39,157 bases of DNA from Bacillota bacterium (GCA_012518905.1 JAAYRF010000006.1:1-39157), one strand, 5' to 3'. Positions 8,096-17,347 are shown, numbered from the stretch's first letter. The notes: generated by a model from the letters alone, not told the origin. Numbers and translations: made by a program.

Positions 8096-9274
8096 CTATA
8101 ATCCCTGTGACAAGCGCTTATCCAGGATCTCAACGGTTGCTATAAGTACTTTCGCGGCAGTGGCAATGGTGGTTACGTCCACCCATTCATTAGCACCGTG
8201 AGCCTGATCGATACTTCCAGGGCCGAAAACGACACAGGGGGTGCCCGACTGGGCTATCTTGCTGGCATCAGTACCGTATGCAACTCCCCGTGGCTTGGGA
8301 TCAAGGCCATAACTAGTCAGGGCTTGCTGCAAGGCCGGAACTAATGGACTGCTTAGGTCACATTCCAGCGGTGGAGAAAGCACAAACACTTCACCCCGGA
8401 GCCACCGGTTACCTAGGTGGTTTTGCTGGGCCAGAAATTCATCGATGAAATCTAACACTTGCTCTGGAGTCTCGCCGGGAACTAATCTTCGCTCTATGGC
8501 CACTCGGCAGGTGCCTGGCACTGTATTTAGCCCCTCACCACCACGAATTAAAGTGGGAGTCCAAGTGGCCGGCCCCGTGAGGGGGTGGGTGTTGCTTTTT
8601 GTGTAGGCAGTAAATGGTTCGCGCAATGCCGATAAAAGGGACATCATCTCCCAGATAGCATTGCGACCTAGCTCTGGGTTGGAGCTATGACAGGAGACCC
8701 CTTCGGCTATGAGTTCGAAGCGGACTGATCCCTTATGAGCTACTATGGGTGCTAACTCCGTTGGTTCTCCTACGATACAGGCATCAAACCTATAGTTGTC
8801 TTTGACGTAGAGGGACCCCTTGGCACTGATTTCCTCATCTATGGTACCGATGAAGTATAGGTCACTGGCCATTCTTCTTTTCTTAGCCAGGGCCCCGAGG
8901 GCAGCCAATTGAGCGGCTGTGCTTGCTTTGGGATCAGAGCTTCCTCTCCCATATAGTCTATTTCCCTCAAGCTGGCCCCAAGGCGGTACCGTAATGTTGC
9001 TGATTTGAACTGTATCGAGATGGCTTTGGAGTGCTATACTATGCTTGCCTTGGGTCCCCGGCAAACGAGCCATGACATTATATCGCTCCGGGAGCACTTC
9101 ATCGAGCCACACTTGAAAACCAATCTGGCGCAGTTGGTCGGCTAGATAGTGGGCATAGCGTTTTTCCCCAAAGAACGAGGGATCGTCTTCAGGGGTCGCA
9201 AAACCTGGATTAACGCTGGGCACGGCGACAAGCTGCTTGAGCAGGTGTACCAATTGAGTTTCTGTCATCTGCAT
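8096..9274 (-). CDS. M20-family metallopeptidase (ArgE/DapE/acetylornithine deacetylase-like)
   Basis: M20 motifs are present (LQSHLDTV, GRGSSDPK, IDEE). The start is uncertain: 9286, 9274 or 9268. The 33-aa hydrophobic extension in the ORF track looks spurious. Confidence 0.8.
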   Translation of the reverse strand: MQMTETQLVHLLKQLVAVPSVNPGFATPEDDPSFFGEKRYAHYLADQLRQIGFQVWLDEVLPERYNVMARLPGTQGKHSIALQSHLDTVQISNITVPPWGQLEGNRLYGRGSSDPKASTAAQLAALGALAKKRRMASDLYFIGTIDEEISAKGSLYVKDNYRFDACIVGEPTELAPIVAHKGSVRFELIAEGVSCHSSNPELGRNAIWEMMSLLSALREPFTAYTKSNTHPLTGPATWTPTLIRGGEGLNTVPGTCRVAIERRLVPGETPEQVLDFIDEFLAQQNHLGNRWLRGEVFVLSPPLECDLSSPLVPALQQALTSYGLDPKPRGVAYGTDASKIAQSGTPCVVFGPGSIDQAHGANEWVDVTTIATAAKVLIATVEILDKRLSQGL

Positions 9275-9440
9275 GAGGGCCACCATCCTAGAAGTAGTTG
9301 TCCATAAGAACAAAGCACATAGGACATATAGTTTGATTATCCCACAAGCTGCAAATGTTGGCAATAACAGCAAAGGACTTTGGTGGGATTTTAGGGAAGT
9401 TGTGTTGGTGGGAGGGAACGGGGCTTTTCGCAGAAGGGGA

Positions 9441-9469
9441 TTGAAATAAATGAATCCGTTTGCTATAAT
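9441..9469 (+). promoter_or_regulatory. Sigma-A promoter for tRNA-Arg
   Basis: TTGAAA-17 nt-TATAAT, located 24 nt upstream of the tRNA. Confidence 0.6.
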
Positions 9470-9492
9470 GAGGTGGTAGTTAATCTCATCAA

Positions 9493-9568
9493 GCGCCTAT
9501 AGCTCAGCGGAATAGAGCACCGGCCTCCGGAGCCGGGAGCGCAGGTTCGAGTCCTGCTAGGCGCACCA
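9493..9568 (+). tRNA. tRNA-Arg (anticodon CCG)
   Basis: The acceptor stem pairs GCGCCTA with TAGGCGC, the anticodon stem pairs CCGGC with GCCGG around the loop CTCCGGA, the T-loop is GGTTCGAGTCC, and CCA is encoded. Confidence 0.9.
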
Positions 9569-9573
9569 TAATG

Positions 9574-9606
9574 AAAGCCACCGATTCCTTTTCCGGTGGC
9601 TTTCTT
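9574..9606 (+). terminator. Intrinsic terminator after tRNA-Arg
   Basis: The stem pairs AAAGCCACCG with CGGTGGCTTT and is followed by a T-rich tract. Confidence 0.7.
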
Positions 9607-9676
9607 ACTCCATGGAATCTGCATGGGCCATGCTATCTTGAAGTAAGATTAAGATGGAGCCGGAGCAGAGGGGGCA

Positions 9677-10270
9677 ATGGGCAAGATGTCGATTATCCAG
9701 TGGCTCAATTACTTGACCGGCGTGGTTAATCCCACGAATCTCTTCGTATTATCTATTATTGAATCCGTTTTCTTCCCGCTGCCTCCCGACACTATGCTGT
9801 TACCGTTAGTTCTCATGAATCCAGAGAAAGGCATGGTACTTGCTGGGCTTACTACCATGGGATCAGTTATTGGAGCCGTGATCGGGTATTTTCTCGGTTT
9901 ATGGGGAGGGCGTCCCCTCTTAGAGAAACTCGCCTCCGGTGACAAGTTAAAGAAAGTCGCTGACTTGTACGAAAGGTATCAGTTTTGGGCAGTGGGAATT
10001 GCTGGGTTTACTCCTATTCCATATAAAGTGTTTACAGTGTCTGCCGGTGCGTTTCGGCTTAGACTACATACCTTTGTTTTGGCTTCCATTATCAGCCGAG
10101 GGGGGAGGTTTTTCCTTGAAGCCGGCCTAGTCATGATCTATGGCCAAGAAGTTATCGGCTTTATTGAACGTTACTTCAATGCACTTACCATGGGTGTAGT
10201 TGTCATTGTTGCCGTTGCATGGCTGAGCTGGCATGGATGGAGACGGTATGGAAAGAAGCGGGAGGAATAG
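9677..10270 (+). CDS. YqaA/DedA-type (VTT domain) membrane protein
   Basis: The 197-aa polytopic protein contains ESVFFPLPPDTMLLPL and GYFLGLWGGRPLLEKL, as is typical of COG1238. The start could instead be the ATG at 9686. Confidence 0.75.
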   Translation: MGKMSIIQWLNYLTGVVNPTNLFVLSIIESVFFPLPPDTMLLPLVLMNPEKGMVLAGLTTMGSVIGAVIGYFLGLWGGRPLLEKLASGDKLKKVADLYERYQFWAVGIAGFTPIPYKVFTVSAGAFRLRLHTFVLASIISRGGRFFLEAGLVMIYGQEVIGFIERYFNALTMGVVVIVAVAWLSWHGWRRYGKKREE

Positions 10271-10382
10271 TAGGGCTCCTGGCGAAGAATAAAATAAAGA
10301 TAAAAAGCGATTAGTCTACCTCTTGGTTTGGGACAAACTAGCCTGGACGAAAGGGTTAGAAGAAGCACAAGGAGGTCATTGT

Positions 10383-11357
10383 ATGAAAATTGGTGTCTTA
10401 ACGGTTCTCTATGGGCAATTGCCTTTTGCCGAGGCATTGGACAAGATTAAGAGCTATGGTTTGGAAGCTGTGGAGATCGGATGCGGCGGATTTCCTGGCA
10501 AAGCCCATTGTGATCCAGAAGTCCTATTGGCCGATGAAGCTAAGCTCAAGGACTGGAAGAAAGCCTTAGAAGACCGTGGTATGTTTATTAGTTGCCTCAG
10601 TGCCCATGGGAACCCACTCCATCCCCAAAAAGAGATTGCTGAGCAGTTCCACAAAGATTGGCGCAATGCCATACTACTGGCAGAGAAGCTAGGAGTGGAG
10701 ATTGTAACGGGCTTTTCCGGCTGCCCAGGTGACCATGAGGGTGCAAAGTATCCCAACTGGGTGACTTGTGCTTGGCCCACTGATTTTCTGAAGATCCTCG
10801 AATGGCAGTGGGAGGAGAAGCTAATCCCCTATTGGCAAGAAGAGAGCAAGTTTGCCGCTGACCATGGGGTTACCAAGATAGCGTTCGAAATGCATCCTGG
10901 TTTCTCTGTCTATAACCCCTATACATTGCTTAAACTCAGAGAGGCTGTGGGACCATCCATTGGCGCCAACTTTGATCCGAGTCATCTTTTCTGGCAGGGG
11001 ATCGATCCAGTGAAAGCCATCCGATATCTCGGTGAAAACGATGCTATCTTCCATTTCCATGCAAAGGATACAGCCATAGATGCATGGAACTCACCTGTTA
11101 ACGGAAATTTAGATACGATTCCCTACACGGAGCTTTCCAAGCGTTCCTGGCTATTTAGAACAGTTGGTTATGGCCATGGGTACCAGGTTTGGAAAGATAT
11201 GGTGAGCGCCCTTAGGCTGGTAGGGTATGATTACGTGCTGAGCATTGAGCACGAGGATGCTTTGGCCTCCATCGATGAAGGTTTTGGTAAAGCTGTGGAA
11301 TTCCTCAAGGAAGTTGTTATGGAGGAGTCTTTAGCTGAGGCTTGGTGGGTTGACTAA
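10383..11357 (+). CDS. Sugar phosphate isomerase/epimerase (xylose-isomerase-like TIM barrel)
   Basis: The sequence has AP-endonuclease-2/xylose-isomerase-like TIM-barrel features (EIGCGGFPGKAH...AFEMHPG...SIEHED). I chose the ATG at 10383, after AGGAGG. Confidence 0.8.
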   Translation: MKIGVLTVLYGQLPFAEALDKIKSYGLEAVEIGCGGFPGKAHCDPEVLLADEAKLKDWKKALEDRGMFISCLSAHGNPLHPQKEIAEQFHKDWRNAILLAEKLGVEIVTGFSGCPGDHEGAKYPNWVTCAWPTDFLKILEWQWEEKLIPYWQEESKFAADHGVTKIAFEMHPGFSVYNPYTLLKLREAVGPSIGANFDPSHLFWQGIDPVKAIRYLGENDAIFHFHAKDTAIDAWNSPVNGNLDTIPYTELSKRSWLFRTVGYGHGYQVWKDMVSALRLVGYDYVLSIEHEDALASIDEGFGKAVEFLKEVVMEESLAEAWWVD

Positions 11358-11410
11358 TAGGCATTACCGGGGATTTTTCCCTCGGCGCTAGCATGGATAG
11401 TACGATTCTT

Positions 11411-11442
11411 CAGCGGGGGAAAACCTCCGCTGACTTTGTTTC
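11411..11442 (+). terminator. Intrinsic terminator after the TIM-barrel gene
   Basis: A 9-bp stem pairs CAGCGGGGG with CCTCCGCTG across an AAAA loop. It contains one G-U pair that is valid only on the + strand. ACTTTGTTTCT follows. Confidence 0.65.
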
Positions 11443-11675
11443 TACTTACCCTTTGATGGGTGTTGTATGGCAGGTATCTGAACTAGGGACTAGAAGAGGT
11501 ATTCTAATTGTACCGAGAACGAGTCAATCGTTACTCATAGTGGGACGGTTGCCACCACGGGAGAAGGAGTTTTTACAGTAGGGGATGTAACTAGTGGTGG
11601 GGCTGCATAACCAGAGACTACTGGACGGAAGTTGGCGGCGTAGACGAGATAAACCGTTTGCCAGGAGGAATTGTA

Positions 11676-12521
11676 ATGGGAGCCAAGCTCATAGATGGGA
11701 AAGCTATAGCTGCCGAGATTAGGCAGGCGCTGAAGGTTGAGATTGACCAGTTGCGTAAACAGGGCATAGTCCCAGGATTGGCAGTAGTATTAGTCGGAAC
11801 GGATCCTGCTTCTCAAACGTACGTACGCTCCAAGCAGCGGGCATGTGCTGAGGTTGGTATTCGTTCGGAAGTGAAAACACTTCCCCCAGATGTTTCCCAA
11901 CATGACCTTGTATCATTGGTTGACGAACTAAATCAGGACCCCCAGGTCCATGGCATCTTGGTGCAGTTGCCGTTGCCGCGCCATATTGATACTGACGTTA
12001 TCATTAGAACAATCGACCCGGCCAAAGACGTTGATGGGTTTCATCCGATCAATGTGGGCAATCTATGGGCGGGTTCGAAGGAAGGTTTCGCACCCTGCAC
12101 GCCCGCAGGTATCATGGAGCTCCTCCGTCGGACTGACATAGATCCGGCGGGTCGTAATGCTGTAGTGATTGGACGTAGCAATATTGTGGGCAAACCTATG
12201 GCTGCTTTGCTGCTTCACAAGAACGCAACGGTCACGATATGTCATTCCCATACCCGGCAACTGGAGGAATACTGTCGACAGGCAGATATCTTGGTGGTAG
12301 CGATTGGGCGGGCTAGATTTATCAAGGGAGAATGGATTAAGCCTGGTGCAACAGTTATCGATGTTGGAATGAACCGAGTCGATGGGGTGCTTTGTGGCGA
12401 TGTGGACGAATCGGCTCGGGCCGTTGCCGGGTACATAACTCCTGTTCCCGGAGGAGTTGGTCCTATGACCATCGCCGAGCTTCTCTGTAATACAGTTATC
12501 GCGGCAAAAAGGATATCCTAA
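11676..12521 (+). CDS. folD: Bifunctional methylene-THF dehydrogenase / methenyl-THF cyclohydrolase FolD
   Basis: The protein is FolD-like along its full length (GAKLIDGK...YVRSK...GILVQLPLP...[13 protein letters not shown]...PGGVGPMT). The RBS is AGGAGG. Confidence 0.92.
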   Translation: MGAKLIDGKAIAAEIRQALKVEIDQLRKQGIVPGLAVVLVGTDPASQTYVRSKQRACAEVGIRSEVKTLPPDVSQHDLVSLVDELNQDPQVHGILVQLPLPRHIDTDVIIRTIDPAKDVDGFHPINVGNLWAGSKEGFAPCTPAGIMELLRRTDIDPAGRNAVVIGRSNIVGKPMAALLLHKNATVTICHSHTRQLEEYCRQADILVVAIGRARFIKGEWIKPGATVIDVGMNRVDGVLCGDVDESARAVAGYITPVPGGVGPMTIAELLCNTVIAAKRIS

Positions 12522-12576
12522 AGCGGTTTTCACCATGCAAGCATAATGCTTGGCCCCGAAACGGAGTGGGAGCGCT

Positions 12577-14499
12577 ATGCAAGTGAGATTTGTGTGGCAG
12601 GAGCAGCGCAATGGGCGCTGGCAGAAGAAGGAACGAGTGGTAAAAACCAGTGGTGACAAAACGATACTTGGCTTAGCGCGGGAGCACGGCATTGAAATCG
12701 ATGCCACGTGTGGAGGACGAGGACGCTGTGGGCGGTGTAAGGTGATAGTAAGTGGTGCTATCAATGAATTGGCGGAGGGTGAAACACTAAGGCTTACCCC
12801 GGAGGAGATAGCCGGGGGCGTTAGGCTGGCGTGCTATGCCAGACCTCGTGGCGATATTCAGGTAGACATACCTACTAGTAATACTGAACTAATGCAGATT
12901 CTTACCGAGGGCTCCGGACAACTGGTGGGTTTGCAGACCGATATAGACAAGACCTATGTAGTTGTAGAGAAGCCACAGCTGGAGAACCCTTTGGGGGATA
13001 GGGAGCGGTTGCTGGCGGCAGTTCGCCAAAAGAGAAAGGATATATTTGCTATACCTTTGACAATCATGGCTGAACTGCCGGAGACTCTACGCAAGAAGGA
13101 TCACCGTATAACGATTACCCACTGGCAAGACCGGATACTGGCTGTTGAGAGTGGTGATACTACGGACAGCCTCTTTGGGTTGGCCTTTGATATCGGTACC
13201 ACTACCGTTGTTGGTAGCCTGGTAGATTTGCATATAGGTAAGGAGCTAGCGGTAGCAGCTCGTCTCAATGGTCAAGCCGCCTATGGGGCCGATGTAATAT
13301 CACGAGTTGAGTATGCTTCTAACGGTGCATCCCAGCGACGTCGGCTGCAACAGGCGGTTCTTGATACCCTAAACGGCATTGTGACTGAACTGGAAGAAAG
13401 AAGTGGCATTAGTGCTGGCAAAATCGGTCGGTGCATTATTGTGGGTAATACATGCATGCAGCATTTGGCCCTGGGGGTTTCCCCTACTTATATTGCCCGT
13501 GCTCCTTATACCCCGGCTTTTAGCTGCCAGATTGATATCACTGCCCGTGAACTAGGCCTGTCTATTTGTCCCGAGGCAGCCGTGACCTTCTTACCCAATA
13601 TCGCAGGGTTTGTAGGTGCTGATACTGTGGGAGCAGTTCTTGCAACTGGTTTGGCCAATTCGTCCGGTCGGGTTCTCATAATCGACATTGGTACCAATGG
13701 GGAATTGGTTATGTCCCATCAAGGTCGAATGGTTGCTTGCTCTACTGCGGCAGGACCCGCCTTCGAAGGAGCGGAAATAACGTGGGGGATGCGGGCCGGT
13801 GAGGGTGCTATCGAGTCTGTAGAGATAGATGATGATGTGGAGATGCGGGTAATCGGAGGTACTCGGCCTCGGGGCATTTGTGGTTCAGGGCTTATTGATC
13901 TTGTTGCTGAGTTGCTGCGGGTAGGAATTATCGATGAAACCGGTAGACTGCAGAACAAGGATGAACTGCAGGGTCTATCTTCCGAACTCAGCCAGCGTAT
14001 CCGCACTAGTGAATTGGGCAATGAATTTGTCGTGGCTTGGGCCGACACAACCGCCGAGGCCAATGACATAGTCTTGACTCAAGGAGACATTAGGAGATTG
14101 CAGTTAGCCAAAGGCGCTATTCGAGCAGGTACTATAGTGCTCCAGAGGTTCTTATCAATACAAGATGGGGACCTAGATGAGATTCTTCTGGCGGGAGCCT
14201 TTGGCAACTATATTCGCAAGGAGAGCGCCATGGGTATGGGACTGTTACCTCCGGTACCTTTGGAGAGAATCCGCTCTGTAGGCAATGCTGCTCGAGTAGG
14301 TGCCAGGCTTTGCCTTATCTCTCAGGCCAAATTGGAGGAAGCCGCCAGGTTAGCACGGAAGATCGAATACGTGGAGTTGTCAGGGCGATCGGATTTCCAA
14401 GAAGCCTTTATGGAGGCTATGCTATTTCCCCATGTATCGCATGTTTCGCAAGATAGTACCGGGATTGACAAGAAGCTACCAAGGGATCGGGCAATATAA
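12577..14499 (+). CDS. Corrinoid reductive activator (RACE/RACo/AcsV-like: N-terminal [2Fe-2S] ferredoxin plus ASKHA ATPase domain)
   Basis: A plant-type 2Fe-2S motif (CGGRGRCGRCKV...RLAC) is followed by DUF4445/ASKHA motifs (GLAFDIGTTTV, IIDIGTNGE, GICGSG). Confidence 0.85.
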   Translation: MQVRFVWQEQRNGRWQKKERVVKTSGDKTILGLAREHGIEIDATCGGRGRCGRCKVIVSGAINELAEGETLRLTPEEIAGGVRLACYARPRGDIQVDIPTSNTELMQILTEGSGQLVGLQTDIDKTYVVVEKPQLENPLGDRERLLAAVRQKRKDIFAIPLTIMAELPETLRKKDHRITITHWQDRILAVESGDTTDSLFGLAFDIGTTTVVGSLVDLHIGKELAVAARLNGQAAYGADVISRVEYASNGASQRRRLQQAVLDTLNGIVTELEERSGISAGKIGRCIIVGNTCMQHLALGVSPTYIARAPYTPAFSCQIDITARELGLSICPEAAVTFLPNIAGFVGADTVGAVLATGLANSSGRVLIIDIGTNGELVMSHQGRMVACSTAAGPAFEGAEITWGMRAGEGAIESVEIDDDVEMRVIGGTRPRGICGSGLIDLVAELLRVGIIDETGRLQNKDELQGLSSELSQRIRTSELGNEFVVAWADTTAEANDIVLTQGDIRRLQLAKGAIRAGTIVLQRFLSIQDGDLDEILLAGAFGNYIRKESAMGMGLLPPVPLERIRSVGNAARVGARLCLISQAKLEEAARLARKIEYVELSGRSDFQEAFMEAMLFPHVSHVSQDSTGIDKKLPRDRAI

Positions 14500-14561
14500 A
14501 GCACAAAGTGTATAACCAGCACCTATTGTAATCGTGTCCATCGAAGGAGGAGTATGAGTAT

Positions 14562-15203
14562 ATGATGGTCTTACAGGAAATGGCTGACGCCTTGGTTGTA
14601 GGCAATGCTAATAGAGTCAAAGAATTAACTGAAAAGGCTCTTGCTGAGGGTATCACTCCTGGGAATATCATCAAGGAAGGTTTAATTCCCGGCATGGCCG
14701 TCATAGGGGAGCGCTTTAAGAAGAACGAGATTTATGTGCCAGAGGTATTGATTGCAGCCCGGGCTATGCAAGCAGGCCTCTCCATTGTTAAGCCGTTGCT
14801 TAGCGAAGCTGAAGCGGCAGCGAGGCTAGGTACAGTATGTATCGGTACCGTCAGGGGAGACCTCCATGATATAGGTAAGAACCTAGTGGCAATGATGTTG
14901 GAAGGTGCTGGATTCGAGGTAATCGATTTGGGTGTGGATGTACCACCGGAGAAGTTTGTCGAGGCTGTACGGGAGCATGAAGCCACCCATGTCGCCCTCT
15001 CTGCACTTTTGACTACTACCATGATTACTATGAAAGAGACTATCGAGGCCCTCAGCAACGCAGGCCTACGGGGTTCGGTTAAGGTCATGGTGGGCGGTGC
15101 ACCTGTAACCCAGAGCTTTGCCGATGATATTGGAGCCGATGGATATGCTCCTGATTCCAGTACAGCTGTGGACGTTGCCAAACAGCTCATCGGTGTTGCC
15201 TAG
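14562..15203 (+). CDS. Cobalamin-binding corrinoid protein (methyltransferase-cognate type, B12-binding cap plus Rossmann domain)
   Basis: The 213-aa protein has the DxHxxG motif (GDLHDIGKN), then ...SALLTTT...KVMVGG. Its size and architecture resemble MtaC/MtbC/MttC-like proteins. Confidence 0.85.
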   Translation: MMVLQEMADALVVGNANRVKELTEKALAEGITPGNIIKEGLIPGMAVIGERFKKNEIYVPEVLIAARAMQAGLSIVKPLLSEAEAAARLGTVCIGTVRGDLHDIGKNLVAMMLEGAGFEVIDLGVDVPPEKFVEAVREHEATHVALSALLTTTMITMKETIEALSNAGLRGSVKVMVGGAPVTQSFADDIGADGYAPDSSTAVDVAKQLIGVA

Positions 15204-15230
15204 AAGGCCCAAGCTAGCCGAATTCATGGG

Positions 15231-15268
15231 GGCTGCAGCTTTAGTTACGGGTGAGAGCTGCAGCCTTT
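15231..15268 (+). terminator. Intrinsic terminator closing the folD-activator-corrinoid operon
   Basis: A 10-bp stem pairs GGCTGCAGCT with AGCTGCAGCC and is followed by TTTGC. Confidence 0.65.
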
Positions 15269-15356
15269 GCTATAGGTAGCAGGAATCTGGTGATTAGTGG
15301 CGAATTGAGGACGAGTTAGGACCTGATCATAGAAGTATGTACTAAGGAGGGATAGC

Positions 15357-16517
15357 ATGGATTATTTTCTCACCGAAGAACAACAGATGATCAAAGAGCT
15401 GGCTGCCAGGATTGCTGATGAAAGAATTAGACCGGTGGCAGCCGAACTAGATGAGCGGGAAGAGTTCCCTTGGGAGCTCATGAAAGTTCTAGGAGAGTCC
15501 GATCTTTTTGCTGTTTGGGTTCCTGAGGAGTACGGGGGGTTGGGTGGAGGAGTTTTCGAACAGGCTTTGGTAGTGGAAGAGCTATCCCGGGCCTGTAGCG
15601 GCGTTGCCGTAAGCTATGCTGCCAGTGGACTCGGCAGCTTTCCCATCCTGCTATTTGGCTCTGAGGAGCAGAAAGCGCGTTACATGCCAGACATCGCCAG
15701 TGGGAAACGCCTGGCTGCCTTTGCACTGACAGAAGCCAACGCTGGCAGTGATGTAAGCAGCATTGCGACTACAGCCATCGAAGATGGGGATGAGTATGTA
15801 CTCAATGGCACCAAACAATGGATTACCAACGGAGGCGAGGCCGATATATATACGGTTATTGCCGTAACCGATAAATCTAAGGGTGCCCGAGGAGCCAGTG
15901 CTTTCATAGTGGAGAAAGGCACACCGGGTTTGAGCTTTGGGAAGAAGGAGAAGAAGCTGGGTATTAGGGCTTCGTCGACTCGGGAAGTGATCTTTGAGGA
16001 TTGTAGGATCCCCAAAGAGAACCTCTTAGGCCGGGAAGGCATGGGATTCATAATTGCCATGAAGACTTTCGATAAGACCCGACCAGGTATTGGGGCCCAG
16101 GCGGTGGGAATCGCTCAAGGTGCACTCGACGAGGCAGTACAGTACGCACGTCAGCGAGTACAGTTTGATCAACCCATTAGCTCTTTTCAAGGCATTCAGT
16201 TCATGTTGGCGGACATGGCAACTCAGGTGGAAGCGGCCCGGGCTTTAGTCTATTCTGTGGCAAGATTGGTTGACAGCGGGGCCAGAGATGTCTCTAGGGC
16301 AGCAGCCATGGCTAAGCTATTTGCCTCCGATGTTGCCATGCAAGTCACAGTGGATGCAGTACAGATCCTAGGCGGATACGGATATATGCGGGAGTACCCA
16401 GTCGAAAAGATGATGCGTGACGCCAAGATCACCCAGATTTACGAGGGTACCAACCAAATCCAGCGCAGCATAATTGCGTTGGATTTGATCAAAGAAGCCG
16501 CTCGCAAAGGCAAGTGA
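15357..16517 (+). CDS. Acyl-CoA dehydrogenase (butyryl-CoA dehydrogenase-like)
   Basis: The 386-aa protein has ACAD motifs (FALTEANAGSD, ...QILGGYGY..., catalytic-Glu context IYEGTNQIQR). The RBS is AAGGAGG. Confidence 0.9.
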   Translation: MDYFLTEEQQMIKELAARIADERIRPVAAELDEREEFPWELMKVLGESDLFAVWVPEEYGGLGGGVFEQALVVEELSRACSGVAVSYAASGLGSFPILLFGSEEQKARYMPDIASGKRLAAFALTEANAGSDVSSIATTAIEDGDEYVLNGTKQWITNGGEADIYTVIAVTDKSKGARGASAFIVEKGTPGLSFGKKEKKLGIRASSTREVIFEDCRIPKENLLGREGMGFIIAMKTFDKTRPGIGAQAVGIAQGALDEAVQYARQRVQFDQPISSFQGIQFMLADMATQVEAARALVYSVARLVDSGARDVSRAAAMAKLFASDVAMQVTVDAVQILGGYGYMREYPVEKMMRDAKITQIYEGTNQIQRSIIALDLIKEAARKGK

Positions 16518-16534
16518 AGGGGTGTAGGTGTCCA

Positions 16535-17311
16535 ATGCATATTGTCGTGTGTGTTAAGCAAGTACCTGATCCCAGCCAGGCCCGCATCGATCGGGACACT
16601 GGTCTGGTAATCAGGGAGGGTGTGGATAAGATAACCAACCCTTTCGATCTTTACGCACTAGAAGAAGCCATAAGGTTAAAGGAGTCCTTTGGTGGTCAGG
16701 TGACTGCGATTTCCATGGGTCCGCCAGCAGCTAAAGAGGTGCTCAAGGATGCGATAGCCATGGGTGTTGATAGCGGGATCTTGCTTAGTGATCGGCAGTT
16801 TGCCGGTGCAGATACCTTGGCCACATCCTACACTTTGGCACAGGCTATTAGAAAGCTGGGAGATGTTGCCCTCATCATTTGTGGTAAGCAAGCCGCGGAT
16901 GGCGATACCGCCCAAGTAGGGCCTGGTCTAGCTGCCAATTTGGATTTCTCCCATGTGACCCAGGTGCGGAAAATCCGTCAGCTAAATTCTACGGAGACTG
17001 TGGTAGAGAGGTTGACTGATACCGGATATGAAGTCCTTGGCCTCCGCCTGCCTGCCGTTATTACAGTAGTGAAGGAGATCAACGAGCCACGCCTTCCTGG
17101 CTTGCGGGGCATGATGCGAGCCAAAAAAGCCGAGATCCCGCTTTGGGATTCTCAAGTACTCGATGTGGACCCTAAGCGGGTTGGGCTTAATGGTTCCCCC
17201 ACCCAGGTGTGGCGTACCTTTGAGCCGGCCAGACATCAGAAAGGCGAGATGTTGGTTGGATCACCTAGTGAGCAGGCAGCTCTACTTTTGGATCGGCTGC
17301 GCTCCTTGTAG
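16535..17311 (+). CDS. etfB: Electron transfer flavoprotein, beta subunit
   Basis: The N-terminus reads MHIVVCVKQVPD and the rest of the sequence is EtfB-like. I chose the ATG at 16535 over the overlapping GTG at 16514. Confidence 0.9.
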   Translation: MHIVVCVKQVPDPSQARIDRDTGLVIREGVDKITNPFDLYALEEAIRLKESFGGQVTAISMGPPAAKEVLKDAIAMGVDSGILLSDRQFAGADTLATSYTLAQAIRKLGDVALIICGKQAADGDTAQVGPGLAANLDFSHVTQVRKIRQLNSTETVVERLTDTGYEVLGLRLPAVITVVKEINEPRLPGLRGMMRAKKAEIPLWDSQVLDVDPKRVGLNGSPTQVWRTFEPARHQKGEMLVGSPSEQAALLLDRLRSL

Positions 17312-17347
17312 TTGACCGGAGAAAGTCGATCAGGAGGAACGAGAAAA

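Noticed and set aside
5600-9492. The tRNA-flanked segment (DUF421, FAD protein, M20 peptidase) as a genomic island.
   Set aside because: There is no integrase or recombinase, no tRNA 3'-end direct repeat visible at the far boundary, and no obvious compositional break.
11393-11581. The 62-aa ORF upstream of folD as a leader peptide or small gene.
   Set aside because: It starts inside or next to the upstream terminator hairpin, has no RBS, and its translation has no recognisable features.
11443-11675. A ZTP (pfl) or THF riboswitch upstream of folD.
   Set aside because: ACTGGAC...GTTTGCCAGG gives only a superficial resemblance to the ZTP blocks (GACUGGCG ... CCGCCUGGGC). The conserved CGCCUGG pseudoknot element and the THF-riboswitch core are absent.
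12063-12764. Long antisense ORFs inside well-supported genes. Examples are 12063..12764, 24162..24746, 3194..4053, 598..997, 1278..1553, 13719..14069, 14732..15190, 15680..16060, 27631..28146 and 28616..29077.
   Set aside because: Each lies opposite a gene with clear family motifs. They lack RBSs and have skewed, low-complexity or Arg/Ser/Pro-rich translations typical of shadow ORFs in ~50% GC DNA.
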